Source: Candidatus Marinacidobacterales bacterium (lineage in GTDB: Bacteria; Acidobacteriota; Vicinamibacteria; Marinacidobacterales; DATDRI01). Taken from it: a DNA stretch of 64,000 nucleotides. How positions within the stretch are numbered: position 1 is the stretch's first letter; every line of letters begins with the position of its first letter. Of the stretch, positions 1 to 8,302 are shown one piece after another. The notes beneath the pieces are model-generated. The model ran no database searches, was not told the DNA's origin, and saw only the letters and a list, made by a program, of their open reading frames with translations. Location: NCBI GenBank assembly GCA_965219415.1, contig CBDCNP010000002.1:2784001-2848000 (forward strand). The letters run 5' to 3'. The translations under genes were made by a program, and so were the position numbers.

Positions 1-469
1 CGCCGGCTAGAAGATCCAGTGCGTGGGTCAACGTCGGTCGTAGGGCTTCCAATCCCTCGCTTACTGCCTTGGGATTTCCGGGGAGGGCGACGATGAGGGT
101 GCCCCCAACCGCTCCGGCGAGGCTCCGGGAAAGAACGGCCATGGGAGTGTGACCGAGCCCATCCGCTCGCAGCAGCTCTCCGTATCCAGGGAGCTCCCGC
201 TCGACGACTCGGCGAACCGCCTCGGGCGTTACGTCGCGAGGCCCTAGCCCGGTGCCGCCGGTGGTAAGGATGAGCTCCGCGGCGCCAGAGTCCACCCATC
301 CTCGCAATCGCTTCTCGATTTCCCCCAGCTCATCCGTCACCGCGGCTCGGTCGACGACGTCGAAGCCCATCTCCTTCAACCCAGTCTCGGCAACCGCGCC
401 CGAACGATCTTCGCGAGCGCCGGCTATGACGCCGTCGCTTACCGTGAGCACGACAGCTCGTCTCGTCAA
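1..469 (-). CDS. MogA/MoaB-family molybdopterin adenylyltransferase (3' end runs off window)
   Basis: Manual translation from TTG at 469 (GGGAGG RBS upstream): MTRRAVVLTVSDG..REDRSG..LILTTGGTGLGPRDVTPEA..LPGYGE..LSRSLAG..ALPGNPKAV, the MoCF biosynthesis motifs. Not in the ORF track because it is open at the edge. Confidence 0.9.
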   Translation of the reverse strand, partial: MTRRAVVLTVSDGVIAGAREDRSGAVAETGLKEMGFDVVDRAAVTDELGEIEKRLRGWVDSGAAELILTTGGTGLGPRDVTPEAVRRVVERELPGYGELLRADGLGHTPMAVLSRSLAGAVGGTLIVALPGNPKAVSEGLEALRPTLTHALDLLAG

Positions 470-603
470 CGAAACCTCCCTTTGACCCCCACCCGCTCGG
501 CGCGTTATATATGGACAGTGCGCCTTAGTGTTGCAGAAGAAGCAGTTATTTCATTCGTCTTGGCCAGATTGTCAGTTAGCCGTTGGGCCCTGTCAAATAC
601 GTC

Positions 604-1566
604 ATGCATAGTATGTTGTCACCAGTAACCGCGAAATCGCTCCTGACACTACTGCTGGTTGGCGGACTCCTGACTTCCGCCTCCCACCTCGCGGGCCAAG
701 CCAGCGACGGCGATCAACAAGTCGACGAGAGACGCTATCAGTTTCGTATCAGCGTCGACCTCATTTCCATGAACGTCACCGTGACCGACACTCGCAATCG
801 GTTCGTGACCGACTTGGGCGCCGATGACTTTAGAGTGTTCGAAGATGGCATTCATCAAGACATCTCGGTGTTCTCCCAGGAAGACCTTCCCCTGCGCATG
901 ATCCTCCTGCTCGACTCGAGCGCGAGCATGGAGGAGAAGATGACCTTTGCTCAGCAGGCCGCAGTTAATTTTGTGGAGACCATGAAATCCGACGACTTGA
1001 CCGAGGTGGTCGAGTTCGGCAGCAAGGCTCACATCGTCCAACCCTTCACCGCCGACGCGGAAGTACTCAGCTACGCCATTCGCCGAACCCAGGCGGGCGG
1101 TACGACGAGCCTCTACAACGCCCTCTACATCGCACTCAAAGATCTATCGAGGCGGTGGGCCGACATTCGCAGGCAGGCCATCATCGTACTATCGGACGGT
1201 GAGGATACAAGCTCGTTAGTGACGTTCGATCAGGTGTTGGAGCTAACCAAGGACACCGACGTTACGATCTACACCATTTCCCTGCGCCGTGAAGAGGGAC
1301 GGGGGAGCAAACACTTCTCGGAAGCGGAGCACGTCTTGAAGAAGCTGGCCGAGGAAACGGGCGGCCAGTGGTTCTTTCCCGGTCATATCGACGAGCTAGC
1401 GTCCACCTACGAGCGCATCGCCAAGGAGCTCAAGAGCCAGTACAACATCGGCTACGTCTCGAACAATTCGAGACGGGACGGCAGCTGGCGGCGCGTGGTG
1501 GTCCAGACGGCCTCCGATCGGCTTCTCGTCCGCACCAAGCTCGGCTACTACGCCCCTAGAAACTAG
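604..1566 (+). CDS. Secreted VWA-domain protein (acidobacterial VWFA-related type)
   Basis: Hydrophobic signal-like N-terminus; FRISVDLISMNVTVTD..F.VFEDG..Q; MIDAS motif DSSASM, T..LYNA and LSDGED; C-terminal SQY.IGY..DGSWRRV..GYYAP. Start uncertain (583/604/613). Confidence 0.85.
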   Translation: MHSMLSPVTAKSLLTLLLVGGLLTSASHLAGQASDGDQQVDERRYQFRISVDLISMNVTVTDTRNRFVTDLGADDFRVFEDGIHQDISVFSQEDLPLRMILLLDSSASMEEKMTFAQQAAVNFVETMKSDDLTEVVEFGSKAHIVQPFTADAEVLSYAIRRTQAGGTTSLYNALYIALKDLSRRWADIRRQAIIVLSDGEDTSSLVTFDQVLELTKDTDVTIYTISLRREEGRGSKHFSEAEHVLKKLAEETGGQWFFPGHIDELASTYERIAKELKSQYNIGYVSNNSRRDGSWRRVVVQTASDRLLVRTKLGYYAPRN

Positions 1567-1584
1567 ACTTCTTCCCAAAAACGA

Positions 1585-1620
1585 GAAAAGCCCGCGACCG
1601 GAAGGGTCGCGGGGCTTTTC
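1585..1620. terminator. Probable bidirectional intrinsic terminator between convergent genes
   Basis: GAAAAGCCCGCGACC-GGAA-GGGTCGCGGGGCTTTTC imperfect inverted repeat with A/T tracts on both sides. Confidence 0.7.
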
Positions 1621-1636
1621 GCTGTTCGAGTCCGAA

Positions 1637-2738
1637 CTAGTTGTAGCCCTCGGCACTGCCGAGTCCTCCCGCTTCGAAAGAGGCGGTGCTCATGGCGTTT
1701 TGTTGGTTTCGCAGGCTCACCGTCGTTGCAAACGTTCTTCTCAGACGATTGCCGTCGGCGAAGACCCCCTCCGAGGCTCCCTGGAGGTTCTGGGTCTGAC
1801 TCGTCGCGTCGATCTCGACGCTCACTGACGTAATCCACGTCGGCGGATCGTCGAAAAGCGGTAGGGCTGGGTCATCCTGGAAGTTCGGGCTCGCGCCTAC
1901 CGCAAACCGTACCTGGAGATTTTCGACGTTCATGGCCACCGGGAACCATTGGCCTCCCTCGCCGGCAATGGATAGGTCCCTCCGCTCTAGGGAGGGGTTG
2001 GCGGCAGGCGGCAGAGGATTGACGCGGTACTGCACCACTCGGAACACGCCGATGACCGAGCAGCCGGGCGTCACTTCCCCGTCGAATCCGTTCGGGTGGT
2101 TCAGCTCGGTGCCTCCACTGCCGGAGTTGTGGTTGATATTGAGCTTGCAACCGGCCATCTGCGGATCTTGAGTGACCTCGAAGGGGATGATGCCGCGTGC
2201 ATTATTTCCGTTCGTTTCGTCTCCATTGACGTCGCAATCCTGGAACTCGATGGCGAAGAGGACTTGGCCCTCGTGGTAAACATTCTCGGGATTCGACTGA
2301 GGCGGATCGAAATCGTCCGGGGCCACGAAGAGCGTGGCGGAGTTCTCAACGGTCTTACAGGGCCCGCCATCGCAGCCCAGGCCCGGGGGGCCGGGGGCCT
2401 TGCACATGAGAGGTGTGAACAGTAGGAATGTCTGGATCGGCGTAAATGATGGTTATCTCATCCGGGTTGTCGCCGCTCCCGTCGGTCCACATGATCGCGG
2501 TCGCCGATGGCGTATTGAGCCCGGCCATCGTCAGATCCCGACTGATCATGTCCAGCCCGGTGCGGGCACTCTGGTTCATGTCGGCCACTTCCGGCTCTCT
2601 CTGAAAGGTCGTCTGCGACTTCTGCAGCAACATCATCACCGATGCCATTACAATGAGGGTGATCATCGTCGCGACGAGAACCTCGATTAACGAGAAGCCT
2701 CGCTGCGATGCCGTCTGGCGGTCTTGCGCGGTATTCAT
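1637..2738 (-). pseudogene. PilW-like type IV minor pilin/pseudopilin, split by one frameshift near 2410-2425 (pseudogene or sequencing error)
   Basis: 5' ORF 2355..2738 has prepilin cleavage motif QRGFSLIEVLVA and Q.AR..LD.ISRDL.MAG. 3' ORF 1637..2407 has a PilW-type C-terminus (VAMNVENLQVRF..RRTFATTVSLRN). The two ORFs overlap in different frames. Confidence 0.75.
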
Positions 2739-2806
2739 GCCTTCCTCCGATTTTCTCTTGCAGGCGGTCCTGTTTTGGTGACTGGGGAAACCCCAGGAGG
2801 CACTAA

Positions 2807-2822
2807 AGCAAAGTGTGTTCCA
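2807..2822 (-). promoter_or_regulatory. sigma54 (-24/-12) promoter for the prepilin gene
   Basis: Minus strand TGGAACACACTTTGCT: GG-N10-GC, about 70 nt upstream of the ATG at 2738. Confidence 0.65.
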
Positions 2823-3007
2823 AGAGGCTTACAACAGGGAGGCCATCACCCGTCTCTCAAATAGCTCTCCAAGAAGCAGTTACAAGCTCAAGCCGCTTTT
2901 CGGACTGGACCACCTCGATCCATTTGGGGGGCACTCCCCCGTGGACGACGCCAAAACTGGAGAAGGGGCCGGTGACGGCGGCCTCTCTGCGCCACTATCT
3001 ACATTGT

Positions 3008-3020
3008 TATCAAGCGATTA
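3008..3020 (+). promoter_or_regulatory. IHF-consensus site
   Basis: TATCAAGCGATTA exactly matches WATCAANNNNTTR and lies between two divergent sigma54 elements. Confidence 0.5.
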
Positions 3021-3232
3021 AGTGGACGAACGTGGCTTGGGTCTGCTTGTGGGGATTCCCCATCGCGACCGGACAGGCCTCGAGTCGATCAGGTCGACTG
3101 TAAGCTCCGCACGACCCACTCAAAAGATCTTACATTCGAAAGGCCCAAAATGGGGGTCGCCCACCAGCCGCGAATGGCGATAACCCTCATAACCACAGCC
3201 ACTTAAAATCACTCGGCCCGGGCAAGAAAAAC

Positions 3233-3248
3233 TGGCACCCGCATTGCA
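3233..3248 (+). promoter_or_regulatory. sigma54 (-24/-12) promoter
   Basis: TGGCACCCGCATTGCA: near-consensus TGGCAC-N5-TTGCA with exact GG-N10-GC spacing. Confidence 0.75.
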
Positions 3249-3258
3249 ATCACTCGAG

Positions 3259-3376
3259 TTGTCTACTAACTGGATGCTTCCGAGTCAGGAAAGGGCCTGG
3301 CGCGGAGGCTCAAGCTCCCTCCTATCGTAGGCAGGAAGGGGTCCGGGCTAATCGTCCGACCCCTTCTTTACTTCTT
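3259..3376 (+). ncRNA. Candidate sigma54-dependent small RNA (or terminated leader of dgt)
   Basis: Begins about 12 nt after the -12 element, has four short hairpins and no credible ORF, and ends in an intrinsic terminator. Confidence 0.45.
3335..3376 (+). terminator. Intrinsic terminator
   Basis: Stem GAAGGGGTC...GACCCCTTC followed by TTTACTTCTT. Confidence 0.65.
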
Positions 3377-3422
3377 ACCCGCCTCTTTTTGACAGCTCCC
3401 GAGATTGCGAGTAGCTTGGGCC

Positions 3423-4574
3423 GTGCTGGATCGAGCGTTCTTCGAAAAACTCGAGTCGGAGTCGCTCCGCACTTATGCGGCACTCAGCCGAACGTCGCGC
3501 GGCCGCAGCTTCCCCGAGCCCGAGCACGACTTCCGCACCGTATATCAAAGGGACCGAGACCGCATCATCCACTGCACCGCGTTTCGCCGTCTGGAGTACA
3601 AGACGCAGGTCTTCGTTAACCACGAGGGCGATCATTACCGCACGCGCCTGACGCACTCGCTAGAAGCTGCGCAGATATCGCGTACCATCGCCCGCGCCCT
3701 TCGGCTCAATGAAGATCTGACAGAGGCGGTCACTCTCGCGCACGATCTGGGTCATCCTCCGTTCGGGCATTCTGGCGAGGATGCCATCAACGAGTTGATG
3801 CGAGGCTACGGCGGTTTCGAACACAATCTGCAGGCGATTCGAATCGTCGACAAGCTCGAGCGGCGCTATCCGGGCTTTCGCGGTCTCAACCTGACGTTCG
3901 AGGTTCGAGAGGGCATCGTCAAACACTCGCCTCGATACCGGGAGGCCGCGCCGGCCGAGTTCATGGACGGGGCGGAGCCGGTCTTGGAGGCGCAGTTGGT
4001 AGATCTAGCGGACGAGATCGCATATACGAATCACGATTTAGAAGATGGTCTCTCGTCCGGGATTCTAAAGCTGGGAGAACTGCGGGAGGTCGACCTCTGG
4101 AAGGAACACTTCGAGCTCGCATCGGGTACTTACCCGGGCGAGGAACCCAAGGTCCAGATTCGGGTGGCGATCCGAGGCATCATCAACACACTGACCACCG
4201 ACCTCATCCGGCGAACCCTGGAAAACATCGAATCTCGAAACGTCCGCAGCCTGGAGGAGGTCCGCCAGGCGGGGCGACGTTTGGTCGAGTTCACACCCGA
4301 GGTGGAGCAAAGGAAACGAGACCTGAAGCAATTCCTGTTTAGCAACCTCTACCGCCACTATCGGGTAGTTCGGATGGCGGAAAAGGCGCAGCGCGTGGTT
4401 CGCGATCTTTTTCACGCCTATACCGCGAACCAGGAACAGCTTCCACCACATATCCAAAGATACATTCCGGAAGAGGGCCTCCACCGTGTGGCGTGTGATT
4501 ACATCGCCGGCATGACCGACCGGTTTGCCCTCGGCGAACACCACAAACTCTTCGACCCTCATGAACGCGTTTAG
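3423..4574 (+). CDS. dgt: Deoxyguanosinetriphosphate triphosphohydrolase (HD-domain dGTPase)
   Basis: RT.YQRDRDRIIHCTAFRRLEYKTQVF, RTRLTHSLE, HDLGHPPFGHSGE, DEIAY..HDLED, DYIAGMTDRFA. GTG start at 3423 preferred over 3405. Confidence 0.95.
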   Translation: MLDRAFFEKLESESLRTYAALSRTSRGRSFPEPEHDFRTVYQRDRDRIIHCTAFRRLEYKTQVFVNHEGDHYRTRLTHSLEAAQISRTIARALRLNEDLTEAVTLAHDLGHPPFGHSGEDAINELMRGYGGFEHNLQAIRIVDKLERRYPGFRGLNLTFEVREGIVKHSPRYREAAPAEFMDGAEPVLEAQLVDLADEIAYTNHDLEDGLSSGILKLGELREVDLWKEHFELASGTYPGEEPKVQIRVAIRGIINTLTTDLIRRTLENIESRNVRSLEEVRQAGRRLVEFTPEVEQRKRDLKQFLFSNLYRHYRVVRMAEKAQRVVRDLFHAYTANQEQLPPHIQRYIPEEGLHRVACDYIAGMTDRFALGEHHKLFDPHERV

Positions 4575-4583
4575 CAAGGAGTG

Positions 4584-4922
4584 TCCGCCTTCGCTGAAGC
4601 TTCCGCCTACGCTTCGCTTCGGCGAGACACGACGAAGCCCGAAGGCCGAAGTCGGTCGGCGGGACCTCGCCGAAGCTGGCTTGGTCGGATTCGTGAAGCC
4701 AGCGAAGGCGGGAGCGAGCACTGAGGCGGGGTGCTCAAGAAGTTTAGGTCGTCACCCCGCGCGAGGAGCCATCAGCCGTCCCGAAGCCGCTTGCCGGCGA
4801 AGGGACAGCGGTGGGGATGGGGCCCCCCACACTTAATGAAGGAGCGAGCCCGGCCCGAGTGGGCCGTTGAGGCCGCGCGAGGAGCGTGGCCAGCGAGCGA
4901 ACGAGGAGTGAGCGAGCACTAG
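4584..4922. repeat. Mosaic of GC-rich palindromic (REP/BIME-like) repeats
   Basis: Contains TCCGCCTTCGCTGAAGCTTC (shared with 15925-15972 and 36685-36731) and GGTGGGGATGGGGCCCCCCACACT..GGAGCGAG (similar to 54477-54525 and the reverse complement of 44790-44820). Confidence 0.7.
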
Positions 4923-5028
4923 AAGTGTAGGGACTCCCCCTCGCCCTGGCTCTCGAACTCAATGGGTCAAAATCCTTTAATTAACTCACACAATAGGACT
5001 TAAGATGCCTCGCCGGTCGCTCCGCCAC

Positions 5029-5044
5029 TGGCACAAGCATTGCT
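5029..5044 (+). promoter_or_regulatory. sigma54 (-24/-12) promoter for the PilZ gene
   Basis: TGGCACAAGCATTGCT, exact GG-N10-GC, about 70 nt upstream of ATG 5113 (RBS AAGGGGG). Confidence 0.75.
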
Positions 5045-5112
5045 ATCTTGAACCCCAGGGAGCGCCGCGCCTAGGTGCCAAGCGAATCGCTCCTTCTTAC
5101 TAAGGGGGATAC

Positions 5113-5610
5113 ATGAGCGGGACGAATGCTTTGGGAAAGGGCTCCGAGACCGATCCACCCGAGGATTCGAAGCCCAGAAAACCGGCGATTGTAGTGGTCG
5201 GGGCCCGAGATCGCGCCGATCAGGCGGCGGAGAAGAAACGAAACCCACGAGGCGGCGGAGAAGAGAATAGGAGGCACCCGCGACTCCCACTGGTGGTCAA
5301 AGCCGAGGTGGGAGCCAAGGGCCGACTCCAGAGAGGGTATCTGACGAACCTCAGCATCGGCGGCGCTTTCTTGGCCACCAAGAAACCAATCCCGTCCGGG
5401 ACCCAACTGCAGCTGCTTGTTTTCCTGCCCTGGAAACTCGGAGAGTTCAAAGCGGAGGCCGAGGTGGTATGGAGCACGGGGAAAGAAGGATCCGAGACCG
5501 ACCCCCCGGGAGTCGGCCTTGCCTTCACCACGTTAGATCCTAAGGGGAAGCGATTGTTACAGAGTTACGTCGAGAGGTTCTACCAGCTGGTAGCCCAGAT
5601 CGACGAGTAG
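5113..5610 (+). CDS. PilZ-domain protein (putative c-di-GMP receptor)
   Basis: RRHPR (RxxxR) and NLSIGG (D/NxSxxG) motifs, AEVVW, PGVGLAF. Confidence 0.85.
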   Translation: MSGTNALGKGSETDPPEDSKPRKPAIVVVGARDRADQAAEKKRNPRGGGEENRRHPRLPLVVKAEVGAKGRLQRGYLTNLSIGGAFLATKKPIPSGTQLQLLVFLPWKLGEFKAEAEVVWSTGKEGSETDPPGVGLAFTTLDPKGKRLLQSYVERFYQLVAQIDE

Positions 5611-5679
5611 GCCACGCTTCGATAGCCGACGGACGCGGGCGAGACACGGCCTCCCGACCAACCCTAAGACCCTAGTTCC

Positions 5680-6030
5680 CTAGTGGCGCAACCTCTTCCT
5701 ACCGTTCGTCCCGCCGAGATGATCCGCAAGGCCGAGGAAATCTCCTCGCAACCGCTCGTCGCCGTTCAACAGCCGCCACGCGTTCAGCAGCCGACGCTCG
5801 CGGGGGTCGCCAGGCAGCGTCTTCTTTTTGTCCCGCTCGTCAGGGAGAAAGTAAGCCACTGGGGTATCCAACGCCTCAGAGATTTTCTGGAGCCAGTCGA
5901 GCGAGACGCGCCGGCGTCCCTTCTCGAAGTTGGTAAGTGCTCCCGCGGATATTCCGACCATCCGCGCTAACACCTTCTGGCGGATACGTTTACTCTTTCG
6001 CACGTCCCGAATCTTTTCTCCGACCCTCAA
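5680..6030 (-). CDS. XRE-family helix-turn-helix transcriptional regulator
   Basis: VGEKIRDVRK..Q..LA..VGIS...LTNFEKG.RR.SL..L.KIS.AL. Confidence 0.85.
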   Translation of the reverse strand: MRVGEKIRDVRKSKRIRQKVLARMVGISAGALTNFEKGRRRVSLDWLQKISEALDTPVAYFLPDERDKKKTLPGDPRERRLLNAWRLLNGDERLRGDFLGLADHLGGTNGRKRLRH

Positions 6031-6238
6031 GTTGAAGCCCTCCTGTTTCTCGCCATTGCATACATGCTTGACAACCCTTTATACGCCCCGGGATACCGGT
6101 CTGTGAACCCGGAAAACTACGGGCTTTCGAGAGGAAAAATTCCGGAGTCGGCGTCCACCTAGGCGGCGCAAACCCACACCGACAAATCGTGGCCCCAGCT
6201 TACCTGTTCTGTTAGCATGGTTTAGCGGAGTCGGTCGC

Positions 6239-7552
6239 ATGGAAGAAGGCATAAACGAAGTCAAGGCTAAGGCCATCGTCGAAAGGCTCGTATCGGCCGG
6301 CTATCCCTCCTACTTCGCGGGGGGTACAGTTCGAGACATGCTTCTTGAAAGAGCTCCGTCGGATATCGACATCGCCACTTCCGCCCCATCCGAAATGGTT
6401 AGCTCCCTTTTCGAAAGGACCGTCCCGGTGGGAGCCGACTTTGGGGTGATCCTCGTGATCCACGAGGGCCAGGCATTCGAAGTCGCAACCTTTCGGTCCG
6501 AGGGGCCATACCGTGACGGGAGGCGCCCTTCGTGGGTGGCTTCTGCCGAGGCGCGATCCGATGTCGCCCGGCGGGACTTTACCATCAATGGCATGCTGTA
6601 CGACCCGCTGGTCCCCGAGTTTCTCGACTGGGTGGGTGGCCGGGAAGACATCGAGAACAGGTTGATTCGCTCCATCGGAAAACCGCAAGAGCGGTTCGCG
6701 GAAGATAAGCTTCGACTGCTCCGAGCGGTCCGCCTCGCCGCCAATCTGAATTTCCAGATCGAGGCGGCAACCGGCGATGCGATTCGCCACTTTGCCTCAG
6801 AAATTCAAGTGGTGAGCGGCGAGCGCCTTCGTAACGAACTGGCCAAGCTGCTCACCGGACCCCACCCGGACGAGGGTCTTCGGTTGCTCGACCGTTACGG
6901 CCTTCTCGAGCCCATACTCCCGGAAGTCGCGACGATGAAGGGCGTGCAACAGGGCGAACGCTACCATCCGGAGGGGGACGTCTTCGCCCACACGGTAAAG
7001 ATCCTATCGCTCTTGAAGGAACCCTCCTTGAGCTTGGCGTTCTCGGCACTGCTACACGACGTCGGCAAGCCTCCGACCCGAGACCCCGTCGGCCCCGCGC
7101 TCTTTCCAAATCATGCTCGAGTCGGAGCGGACATGAGTCGAGAAATACTCCAACGGCTGCGTTTCGACCGGCCCACTCGAGAGCGCATCGTCTCGGCGGT
7201 ACAAGACCATCTCCGCTTCTTCGACGTCCGCCACATGCGCACTGTCACCCTTCGCCGCTTCCTACACAAAGATAACTTCGAAGAAGAGCTCGAGCTTCAC
7301 CGGCTCGACTGCCTGGCGGGCAGCGGGGATCTCTCGAACTGGGACTTGGTGCGAGAGAAGCAACAAGGGCTCGCTCGAGAGCCCCTTCCGACGCCCCCGC
7401 TACTTCGAGGCAGGGATCTCGTGCGCCTGGGTTTTCGCCCTGGTCCGAGAATCGGCGAGATCCTGAGAGAGGTCGAAGAAAAACGACTCGAGGGAAGCGT
7501 TCGCAGCGAAGAAGACGCCGAGACCTGGGTTAAGAATCACTACCGACCATGA
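6239..7552 (+). CDS. cca: CCA tRNA nucleotidyltransferase with HD domain
   Basis: GG.VRD.LL, DIDIAT, EVATFR, RRDFTING, RFAEDKLRLLRAVR, YHPEGDV..HT, LLHDVGKP. Confidence 0.9.
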   Translation: MEEGINEVKAKAIVERLVSAGYPSYFAGGTVRDMLLERAPSDIDIATSAPSEMVSSLFERTVPVGADFGVILVIHEGQAFEVATFRSEGPYRDGRRPSWVASAEARSDVARRDFTINGMLYDPLVPEFLDWVGGREDIENRLIRSIGKPQERFAEDKLRLLRAVRLAANLNFQIEAATGDAIRHFASEIQVVSGERLRNELAKLLTGPHPDEGLRLLDRYGLLEPILPEVATMKGVQQGERYHPEGDVFAHTVKILSLLKEPSLSLAFSALLHDVGKPPTRDPVGPALFPNHARVGADMSREILQRLRFDRPTRERIVSAVQDHLRFFDVRHMRTVTLRRFLHKDNFEEELELHRLDCLAGSGDLSNWDLVREKQQGLAREPLPTPPLLRGRDLVRLGFRPGPRIGEILREVEEKRLEGSVRSEEDAETWVKNHYRP

Positions 7553-8079
7553 TCGGAGTACGTTTCGCCAGACGGGACAAGGAATTTTTCGACACCCGGC
7601 GCCCCAATCCGTTTCGGGATTTCCAACTTGGCCACCGGCCGCCAAGATGAAGGACCGACTTTCAGGAAGACTTCGACCGTTACTTGCTCCCATTCCTCGT
7701 TGTAGAACATCTGCTCCGGTTTCCCCTTAGAGAAGTAGTCGGAGTCGGAGCGGAGGGTAATGACACGGGACTCACCGCCGGGTGCCACCGGATCGCCGGA
7801 GAGAGAATACTCGAAGGCAGTGCCCCAGCTTTCGTCTGGTGTACTCGCTCTGCGGAAGACCGCCATCGTCTGAATGTAATCGACCGCCTTCGGGCCCTCG
7901 TTGCGGATGCGGAACCGCACGATGGGGCGGATGTAGGTGTCATCCCCGAACTTCCCTCGGACCGTCCAGAAGCTCACTACCTCCGACGCCTGGAGCGCCT
8001 TCGCAGCTTCTTCCTTACCGATGTCCGAGCAGGCGGGGAGAAAGAACACCACAACGAGGGCGCACGCCTTCAAGTTCAT
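7540..8079 (-). CDS. Hypothetical lipoprotein
   Basis: MNLKACALVVVFFLPAC: hydrophobic signal with lipobox-like LPAC. No family recognised. Confidence 0.6.
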   Translation of the reverse strand: MNLKACALVVVFFLPACSDIGKEEAAKALQASEVVSFWTVRGKFGDDTYIRPIVRFRIRNEGPKAVDYIQTMAVFRRASTPDESWGTAFEYSLSGDPVAPGGESRVITLRSDSDYFSKGKPEQMFYNEEWEQVTVEVFLKVGPSSWRPVAKLEIPKRIGAPGVEKFLVPSGETYSDHGR

Positions 8080-8302
8080 AATCCGTTGTAATTCCAAGTG
8101 TTTCGCCGATAAATACTTCTTCCGGACTGTTGACAGCTCATGACCGATTCATTATTATACCCCCCTTCCGGGGGCCTCCATCGGTTCTCTCGACGCCCTC
8201 GTGGTCAATTCCTTCAAACGCGACCGGGATACAAAGAAACCGCGCCTCGGCTCGGTTCGAATTGGCGGAGTATAATCCCTCTGGTCAAAGGAGGCGTGCA
8301 GC

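Noticed and set aside
2813-3103. 68-96 aa ORFs in the prepilin-dgt spacer
   Set aside because: No RBS or motifs; they overlap the sigma54 and IHF elements, so the region is better explained as regulatory.
3423-4574. dGTPase as an anti-phage defence gene
   Set aside because: Sequence is the ordinary housekeeping short dGTPase type in a core context with no defence-island neighbours.
4525-4962. Short ORFs downstream of dgt
   Set aside because: They are translations of the palindromic repeat mosaic, with no RBS or domain evidence.
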